Assembly: GCF_006345805.1 (NCBI RefSeq)
Contig: NW_021830044.1
Location: forward strand, 1 to 5,423
DNA: 5,423 nt
From: Octopus sinensis
Lineage: Eukaryota
Direction: 5' to 3'
A model generated the notes under the pieces. The model did no database searches. It saw nothing but the letters and a program-made list of their open reading frames with translations, and was not told the DNA's origin. Positions within the stretch are counted from its first letter, which is position 1, and every line of letters starts with the position of its first letter. Positions 1 to 5,423 of the stretch are shown here, in pieces. The position numbers and the translations under genes were made by a program.

Positions 1-196
1 CCAGATTAACACTCCTACTTTGAATCACCCACTTAGAACCATTGAACAAGATAATAATGATAGAGAGAAACTTCACCAGAGAGAAATATATACACGGCTC
101 GTCGGATGAATTCGTCGTCGAGATTTTATAGGGAAGTGACAAAATTGTCAACGTTTTCATCGTGGATGTAAAAAGCCTTTTAACCAATGTTCAGAC

Positions 197-415
197 CAGT
201 GCTTTTCAACATTTTTGCTGGAGCGGAACCCCAAGGAAACCTTCCACTGGCTCGAGGAACCCCTGTGCAATAATTTAATTGTCTTATGCACACATATCTG
301 CACAGAAGAATTAAAAATTACTGCCGACTTTAGCAGTTTTGTAACTTCTTGCGGAACCCCTGGACTGTACTGGTGGAACCCTAAGGTTCCGCGGAACCCT
401 GGTTAAAAACCACTG
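197..415. mobile_element. Complete 219-bp non-autonomous hAT-superfamily MITE (Charlie-like termini)
   Basis: Left TIR CAGTGCTTTTCAAC (197-210) and right TIR GTTAAAAACCACTG (402-415; reverse complement CAGTGGTTTTTAAC) match at 12/14. The element is flanked by an 8-bp duplication with one mismatch, GTTCAGAC (189-196) and GTCCAGAC (416-423). An 8-bp TSD with CAGTG termini is the established hAT/Charlie signature. Subterminal GGAACC motifs lie at 225, 256, 353, 375 and 393, with an inverted GGTTCC at 385. Confidence 0.88.
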
Positions 416-854
416 GTCCAGACTGTCAAACTTTTTGCTGGAGCGGAACCCCAAGGAAACATTCCACTGGCTCGAGGAACCCCTGTGCAATAATTTAATT
501 GTCTTATGCACACATATCTGCACAGGAGAATTAAAAATTACTGCCGATTTTAGCAGTTTTGTAACTTCTTGCGGAACCCCTGGACTGTACTGGTGGAACC
601 CTAAGGTTCCGCGGAACCCTGGTTAAAAACCACTGGTCCAGACTGTCAAACTTTTTGCTGGAGCGGAACCCAAGGAAACATTCCACTGGCTCGAGGAACC
701 CCTGTGCAATAATTTAATTGTCTAATGCTCACATATCTGCGCAGGGGAATTAAAAATTACTGCCGATTTTAGCAGTTTTGTAACTTCTTGCGGAACCCCT
801 GGCCTGTAGTGGCGGAACCCTAAGGTTCCACGGAACCCTGGTTGAACACCACTT
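197..854. repeat. Tandem trimer of the hAT MITE, period 220 bp (units 197-415, 424-635, 644-854)
   Basis: Segments 212-431 and 432-651 differ at only 3 positions (241/461, 306/526, 328/548). The third unit differs at about 12 positions and ends GTTGAACACCACTT (841-854). Both junctions read GTCCAGAC-TGTCAAAC, which is the TSD octamer followed by a truncated left TIR. Confidence 0.92.
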
Positions 855-980
855 CACTACATCACACACGCAGTTAATCGCTCCATGTCACGGGTGCAGT
901 CTAGTCGTCAGCAATGTGAGGCACGGTGTATAACGAATAACGAATTCATGGGTCACGCCGACGCGTTTTACCAACTATGC

Positions 981-1008
981 AGCCGAATAGATCTGTATCT
1001 ATTCGGCT
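981..1008. other. Perfect 12-bp hairpin / potential cruciform
   Basis: AGCCGAATAGAT (981-992), loop CTGT, then ATCTATTCGGCT (997-1008), the exact reverse complement. Confidence 0.9.
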
Positions 1009-1062
1009 AGAACTGACCTTGGACTACACAATAAAATAGAATATAAATTACAGATGGTGGGA

Positions 1063-1112
1063 TTGGTGGTATCTGACACAGATCTTAATTCAAATTCCAC
1101 CCTGGCCGAATT
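1063..1112 (+). mobile_element. Short decayed fragment of the same tRNA-SINE family (head/body junction and B-box region)
   Basis: TTGGTGGTAT at 1063-1072 equals 1191-1200. The segment 1085-1112 (TTAATTCAAATTCCACCCTGGCCGAATT) matches the SINE segment TGAGTTCAAATTCCGCCGAGGTCGACTT at 21/28. Confidence 0.45.
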
Positions 1113-1148
1113 AATATGTCACCCGATTTAATATTACTATTTTTTCAA

Positions 1149-1736
1149 GGTGGCCGGTTGAAAGAGCTGTTAGCAGGCCGGGCGAAATACTTGGTGGTAT
1201 TTCATCTGCCGCTACGTTCTGACTTCAAATTCCGCCGAGGTCGACTTTGCCTTTCATCCTTTCGGGGTCGATGAAATAAGTACCAGTTACGCACTGGGGT
1301 CGATATAATCGACTTAATCCGTGTGTCTGTTCTTGTTTGTCCCCTCTGTGTTTAGCCCCTTGTGGGTAGTAAATAAATAGGTAGTTCGTCTGCCTCTACG
1401 ATTTTAGTTCAAATTCCGCCGATGTTGACTTTGCCTTTCATCATTTTGGGATCGATAAATTAAGTACCAGTGACGGACTGGGGTCGATGTAATCTACTTA
1501 ATCCGTTTGTCTGTCCTTGTTTGTCCTCTCTGTGTTTAGCCCCTTCTGGGTAGTAAAGAAATAGGTATTTCGTCCATCTTCATGTTCTGAGTTCAAAATT
1601 CCGCCGAGGCAGACTTTGGTTTCATCCTTACGGGGTTGATAAAATAAGTATCTGTTGAGTAGTGGGGTCGATATAACCGACGTATCTCCGCTCCCCCCAA
1701 ATGCTAGCATTGTGCCAAAATTTGAAATCAATATTA
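1149..1736 (+). mobile_element. tRNA-derived SINE (octopus-type), trimeric: head, three body units starting at 1196, 1380 and 1564 (period 184), and a distinct 3' tail
   Basis: The head GGTGGCCGGTTGAAAGAGCTGTTAGCAGGCCGGGCGAAAT is a decayed version of the intact heads at 2405 and 4810. B-box-like (G/C)TTCAAA(A)TTCC occurs near 1223, 1407 and 1591. The third unit switches near 1680 to a different tail ending ...TTGTGCCAAAATTTGAAATCAATATTA. A decayed TSD is possible: AATATTACTAT (1130-1140) and AATATTACCAT (1730-1740). Assignment to octopus is from memory. Confidence 0.88.
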
Positions 1737-1813
1737 CCATCTGGCGACTTGATTTCTTTTAGCGAACCTTAATCTGTTGCAAGCATTCGAGTTGGGTTTC
1801 CAGGTAGAGGATG

Positions 1814-2405
1814 ACTCCCCACAAAGGGCTAAACACAGAAGGGACAAACAAGGACAGACAAAGGGATTAAGTCGATTATATCGATCCCAGTGCGTAACTG
1901 GTACTTATTTAATCGAGCCCGAAAGGATGAAAGGCAAAGTCGACCTCAGCGGAATTTGAACTAAGAACGTAGCGGCAGACGAAATATCTATTTCTTTACT
2001 ACCCACAAGGGGCTAAACATAGAGAGGACAAACAAGGACAGGCAAACGGATTAAGTCGATTATATCGACCCCAGTGCGTAATTGATACTTATTTAATCGA
2101 CCCCGAAAGTATAAAAAGCCAAAGTCAACCTCAGTGGAATTTGAACTCAGAACGTAGCGGCAGACGAAATGCCTATTTGTTTACTACCCACAAGGGGCTA
2201 AACACAGAGGGGACAAACAAGGACAGACACAGGTATTAAGTCGATTACATCGACTCCAGTGCGTAACTGGTGCTTAATTTATTGACCCTGAAAGTATAAA
2301 AAGGCAAAGTCAACCTCGGTGGAATTTGAACTCAGAACGTAGCGGCAGACGAAATACCGCTTAGCATTTCGCCCGGTGTGCTAACGTTTCTGCCAGCTCG
2401 CCGCC
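1814..2405 (-). mobile_element. tRNA-derived SINE, trimeric: head 2405-2359 and units beginning at 2358, 2173 and 1988 (period 185); 3' end slightly truncated
   Basis: The minus strand begins GGCGGCGAGCTGGCAGAAACGTTAGC (A-box-like TGGCAGAAACG). B-boxes GTTCAAATTCC lie at 2331-2321, 2146-2136 and 1961-1951. The first unit is about 90% identical to the first unit of the 1149-1736 copy (about 18 differences in 185 nt by hand count). No TSD was found. Confidence 0.9.
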
Positions 2406-2410
2406 TAGAA

Positions 2411-2465
2411 CAAATACCGCAAAGAATTTTCTTCGGCGTTCTACTCATTCTGCCAACTCTCCATC
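2411..2465 (-). mobile_element. Older, diverged orphan head of the same SINE family, immediately 5' of the 2405 copy
   Basis: Its reverse complement, GATGGAGAGTTGGCAGAATGAGTAGAACGCCGAAGAAAATTCTTTGCGGTATTTG, aligns without gaps to the head at 2405-2351 at 37/55 (offset 60 bp) and stops just after GCGGTATTT. Confidence 0.7.
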
Positions 2466-2652
2466 CTGTGTTTCATCAAACTCAAAACAATTAAATGTAA
2501 ACTTAACCTCAGTGAGACTTTGTACTCTCAATGTAAAATGTTGAAACAAACGCCCTAAAGCATTATTGTCGAACGTTTCAATGGTTCTTCTAAATCGTCG
2601 CCTATCTACACAGAAACATCATTCAATGACTGTTCATAGTTTAAGACGTGCA

Positions 2653-2950
2653 GGCGTAATAACCCAGTGGTTAGGGCAGCAGTCTCACGGTCGGAGGATC
2701 ACGGTATCGGTTCTCATCCCGGGCGTTGTGTGTGTTTATTGAGCGAAAACACCTAAAAGCTCCACGAGGCTCCGGCAGGGGGTAGTGACGACCCCTCTGG
2801 TACTCTTTCGCCACAACTTTCTCTCACTCTTTCTTCCTGTTTCTTGAGTAACGCTGCGATGGACTGGCGTCCAATCCAGCTGGGGGGAACACATACGCCA
2901 CAGAAACCGGGAAACCTGGCTAGACTTGAAAAGGGCGACGTTTTTTATCG
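2653..2950 (+). mobile_element. Second tRNA-derived SINE family, about 300 bp, full length with TSD
   Basis: tRNA-like head with A-box TAACCCAGTGG (2660-2670) and a degenerate B-box GGTATCGGTTCTC (2703-2715). TSD TCATAGTTTAAGA is perfect at 2634-2646 and 2951-2963 and extends to 17 bp (TGCA) with a 2-nt indel. A T6 run lies near the 3' end. Confidence 0.85.
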
Positions 2951-2968
2951 TCATAGTTTAAGATGCAA

Positions 2969-3617
2969 GTGTGTGCTTTAATTGAGATTTGGTTGCTATA
3001 TCTTGTAGATCGAGTGTCCACTCAGTGATTCTCTTAACGTCTGAGATGTTGGCGTTGTTACTTAGCCACAGGTGAGCTCTAAGATTATCTAGTATTGTAT
3101 TAGCTATTGTATTCTCAATTTAAAAAGGTAAGATGTAATTCAAGGGACGATTTCGTTGCTACATCTAGCATGTGGATCGATCTTATAGAGGTGCACTTGC
3201 TACCCTCCGAGTTGTTGTTTAGTCCCAGGTCAAACCACATTGAGCAGACCTATATCTGAAGACATTCCAGCCACGACCATTGCACCTTTCTCTTTTATGC
3301 AGGGAATATAGAATCGATTTATGTGATGTGACCTTTTAATGATGATAGAAAGATTTGCTGGAATTTTGGCTACTATATCTAGCATGTGTAATGACCATGT
3401 AGAGGCTCAATTACTATCAACCGATTTGCATTCGTCAATGCAAATTGAGTAGAATTTGATCAAAGGCAGTCCGGCAATGACCATCTCTTCTTTTCCTTAT
3501 CTGCTGTGAACGCAGTACCACATCGAACGCGACCACTTCTTAAAAGCCGGCAGGGGCATATGGTTTGCGAACGATTTGGCTGTTATGTCTGATACCCGAG
3601 TAACTATAAAGAAGCTC
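2969..3617. repeat. Decayed head-to-tail repeat of ~160-215-bp units, probably retroposon-derived and read on the minus strand
   Basis: Motif 1 (GATTTGG(C/T)TGCTAT.TCT-like) occurs at 2986, 3149, 3363 and 3573. Motif 2 (GTTGTT..TTAG.C.CAGGT.A) occurs at 3054 and 3211. Motif 3 (TTGAG.AGA...AAG.CA.TCC.GC.A.GACCAT) occurs at 3240 and 3445. The motifs keep the same order in each unit. Confidence 0.7.
3424..3445. promoter_or_regulatory. Inverted pair of perfect octamer (POU) motifs around a CRE half-site; also a 9-bp hairpin
   Basis: ATTTGCAT (3424-3431), TCGTCA, ATGCAAAT (3438-3445). Motif match only, with no functional evidence. Confidence 0.25.
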
Positions 3618-3663
3618 AGTTCATACCGCGTCCTCCCCACCCCCGGGTGGTCGCAGTGGTGTA

Positions 3664-3680
3664 GGGTGGGGGGGTGTGGG
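3664..3680 (+). other. Canonical G-quadruplex motif
   Basis: GGGTGGGGGGGTGTGGG parses as G3-N1-G3-N1-G3-N3-G3. Confidence 0.7.
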
Positions 3681-3728
3681 TATTTGTTCAGTCACTAAAA
3701 TAAAATATACTGCAGTAAATTCCAATCG

Positions 3729-3778
3729 ATACATATATATATATATATATATACACACACATACATAATATATGTATA

Positions 3779-3833
<55 letters not shown>

Positions 3834-3948
3834 GTATATATGAATATATATATATGTATATATATGTGTGTGTATTATGTATAATATATATAGATATATA
3901 TACATATATAAATATTTATTATATATATTATATATATATATATATATA
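3729..3948. repeat. Interrupted (TA)n microsatellite, about 220 bp, with CA/TG interruptions
   Basis: Directly visible dinucleotide repeat. Confidence 0.97.
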
Positions 3949-4308
3949 CCCCCTTCTGTACACCCGAACAACCGAATACGTAGCGACGCTCTGCGTGAAA
4001 ATCATTACTTAATTAATTTATTTTCTAAACTATTTTAATAATTAATCGATAGAATATATTTATATGCATCATTATCACTGACAATCTATTTATTCTATTT
4101 TCTTTTATTAACCAATATAATATTTAAAAAAAAACATCTTTTTTTTTTGTTTTAAAAATGAGGCTAAAATATTTTATTGCTTTAATTAAATTAAATTATT
4201 GCGGGTTCATATTAACCCCCTACTAAATATTAACTTAATCTCTCTCTCTGTCTCCATTTCGTTTTCACAGACAAACACCCCCCACTTCTTTATCTTTCAC
4301 ATTTATTT

Positions 4309-4312
<4 letters not shown>

Positions 4313-4348
<36 letters not shown>
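4313..4348. repeat. (TC)18 microsatellite, followed by a short TATC repeat and a pyrimidine-rich stretch to about 4475
   Basis: Directly visible. Confidence 0.97.
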
Positions 4349-4356
<8 letters not shown>

Positions 4357-4573
4357 AATATTTTCTTACTTTTTACTAGTGTTTTCTTTTTTCCTGTCTT
4401 CCCCTTTTTCGTCTCGCTCCGTCTCTTTCGTCGCCATCTTTGTTTCTCTGTTTCTTTCGTTTTTGGCGTCTTCATTTGAAGCAGATTGTTCTTTAATAAA
4501 ATAAATGAATAAATGAATAATTAAATTAATGAAAAAAGAACAAAAAAAAACAAGTAATGAAACAAGACTTACT

Positions 4574-4810
4574 AATACCTATTTCTTTATTACGCACAAG
4601 GGGCTAAACACAGAGGGGACAAACAAGGACAGACATAGGTATTAAGTCGATTACATCGACCCCAGTGCGTAACTGGTACTTAATTTATCGACCCCGAAAG
4701 GATGAAAGGCAAAGTCGACCTCGGCGGAATTTGAACTCAGAACGTAGCGGCAGACGAAATACCGCTCAGCATTTCGTCCGGCGTGCTAACGTTTCTGCCA
4801 GCTCGCCGCC
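4574..4810 (-). mobile_element. Monomeric, well-preserved copy of the main tRNA-SINE (head plus one 184-bp unit) with an 11-bp TSD
   Basis: The minus strand starts GGCGGCGAGCTGGCAGAAACG at 4810 and ends ...AAAGAAATAGGTATT at 4574. TTACTAATACC occurs at both 4569-4579 and 4811-4821; 6 nt of the left copy are shared with the element's 3' end. Confidence 0.93.
4726..4800 (-). promoter_or_regulatory. Internal RNA polymerase III type-2 promoter (A and B boxes) of the monomeric SINE
   Basis: A-box-like TGGCAGAAACG (4800-4790) against consensus TRGCNNARYGG, and B-box-like GTTCAAATTCC (4736-4726) against GTTCRANTCC. Confidence 0.65.
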
Positions 4811-4876
4811 TTACTAATACCGCTGAGACGACAGACAGTTCTGTACAAAGGTGATCAGACTGAACTGTCAATAGGT

Positions 4877-5006
4877 CACACACACACATACATACACGCG
4901 CGCACACACACAACACACACACACACACACAACACACACACCACACACACACACAACACAACACACACACCGACGTACGTGCGTTTACACACACACACAC
5001 ATATAT
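4877..5006. repeat. Compound (CA)n microsatellite with short CG and TA interruptions
   Basis: Directly visible. Confidence 0.96.
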
Positions 5007-5011
5007 GAATA

Positions 5012-5423
5012 CCGTAAAATTCGAGTATAATCCGCATTTTTTCCTCAAAATTTAAAGGTCAAAATCCCTAGTGCGTACTATATACGAGGTTAAAAATGAA
5101 AATTATTTTCTAAGCAATGTCCGAGTCTCTATTTGCTGTCCGGCAATGTTTATTCGGACGCATTTTGTGATGTCGGGCGCGAAAATACCTTAAGCTAAGC
5201 CTGGAAGCAATGAAGTCATAAAAGGATCATCCATAACTTGCAATAAGGAACATATATTAAACATTATTACTGTTATTACTGTTATTTCTTTATTTTCTGC
5301 AAACAAAATGCACAAAAAAGCTACACGTTTGCATTATGTGTATATATACAATAATAATAAAGGACGTTACCGTATACATTTTTACAAACGAAGGACGTTA
5401 TGTAGACCGCTTTGACTCAAGGT
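5012..5423. mobile_element. Probable terminus of a Tc1/mariner-superfamily (Tc2/pogo-like) DNA transposon; the other end is not in the window
   Basis: TA (5010-5011) is followed by CCGTAAAATTCGAGTATAATCCGCA, and an internal inverted copy TGCGTACTATATACGA (5072-5087) matches 5021-5036 at 12/16. TA|CCGTA termini with an inner inverted binding site resemble Tc2/Kanga-type elements as I recall them. The extent beyond about 5090 is assumed. Confidence 0.55.

Noticed and set aside
137-150. TGACAA-AA-TTGTCA palindrome
   Set aside because: A 6-bp stem is expected by chance in a window of this size.
215-626. ORFs 215-406, 435-626 (near-identical 63 aa) and 311-523
   Set aside because: They lie wholly within MITE tandem units, the two 63-aa ORFs start at non-ATG codons, and none resembles a protein family. 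The duplication reflects the DNA repeat.
930-984. Minus-strand tRNA D-loop-like GCATAGTTGGTAAAACGCG
   Set aside because: There is no B-box at a suitable distance, so it is too weak to call a tRNA or SINE head.
1498-1959. ORFs 1498-1740 (-) and 1777-1959 (+)
   Set aside because: These are antisense readings of SINE copies. Such peptides often appear as spurious hypothetical proteins.
1196-2358. Regularly spaced repeats with small palindromes, superficially CRISPR-like
   Set aside because: The entire 184-bp unit is repeated, so there are no unique spacers, no cas genes, and the context is eukaryotic.
1149-2405. A single foldback or long-TIR DNA transposon formed by the two inverted arms
   Set aside because: Each arm is independently a Pol III-type SINE, the same family occurs as a solo TSD-flanked copy at 4574-4810, and no shared TSD flanks the pair.
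2653-2726. Functional tRNA gene
   Set aside because: The B-box/T-arm is degenerate, I could not build a convincing cloverleaf, and the sequence continues into a SINE body bounded by a TSD.
2736-2954. 72-aa minus-strand ORF
   Set aside because: It is antisense to the TSD-flanked SINE.
3751-3882. Apparent inverted symmetry inside the (TA)n tract (ACACACAC/TACATAAT against ATTATGTA/GTGTGTGT)
   Set aside because: The sub-blocks are in swapped order, and (TA)n is self-complementary anyway, so this is explained by microsatellite turnover.
4360-4500. Long polypyrimidine tract ending in AAGCAG (NAGNAG acceptor-like), followed by AATAAA at 4495
   Set aside because: Such motifs are expected by chance beside a (TC)n tract in AT-rich DNA, and there is no exon evidence without RNA data.
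3621-5048. ORFs 3621-3971, 4199-4504, 4290-4475 and 4737-5048
   Set aside because: The YI, SL, ER and CV runs are translations of the (TA)n, (TC)n and (CA)n microsatellites.

Overview
Non-coding, repeat-saturated, AT-rich eukaryotic DNA. From recollection of the SINE families it is most likely octopus or another coleoid cephalopod; this was not database-checked. No protein-coding gene is supported, because all nine ORFs fall inside transposon relics or microsatellites. Contents in order: (1) a head-to-tail trimer of a 219-bp hAT-type MITE whose first copy keeps both TIRs and an 8-bp TSD (197-854); (2) two ~590-bp copies of a tRNA-derived SINE, each one head plus three ~184-bp body units, arranged tail-to-tail 77 bp apart (1149-1736 +, 1814-2405 -), with an older SINE head directly 5' of the second; (3) a second tRNA-SINE family with a 13-17-bp TSD (2653-2950), adjoining and probably inserted into a decayed ~160-215-bp tandem repeat (2969-3617); (4) a G4 motif and (TA)n, (TC)n and (CA)n microsatellites; (5) a monomeric copy of the first SINE with an 11-bp TSD (4574-4810); (6) a probable Tc1/mariner (Tc2/pogo-like) terminus running off the window end. 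I see no new gene system. The most interesting signal is mechanistic: one hexamer, GGTATT, marks the head/body junction, the unit boundaries, the 3' end and a target site of the main SINE, which suggests microhomology-driven self-insertion and concatemer formation.
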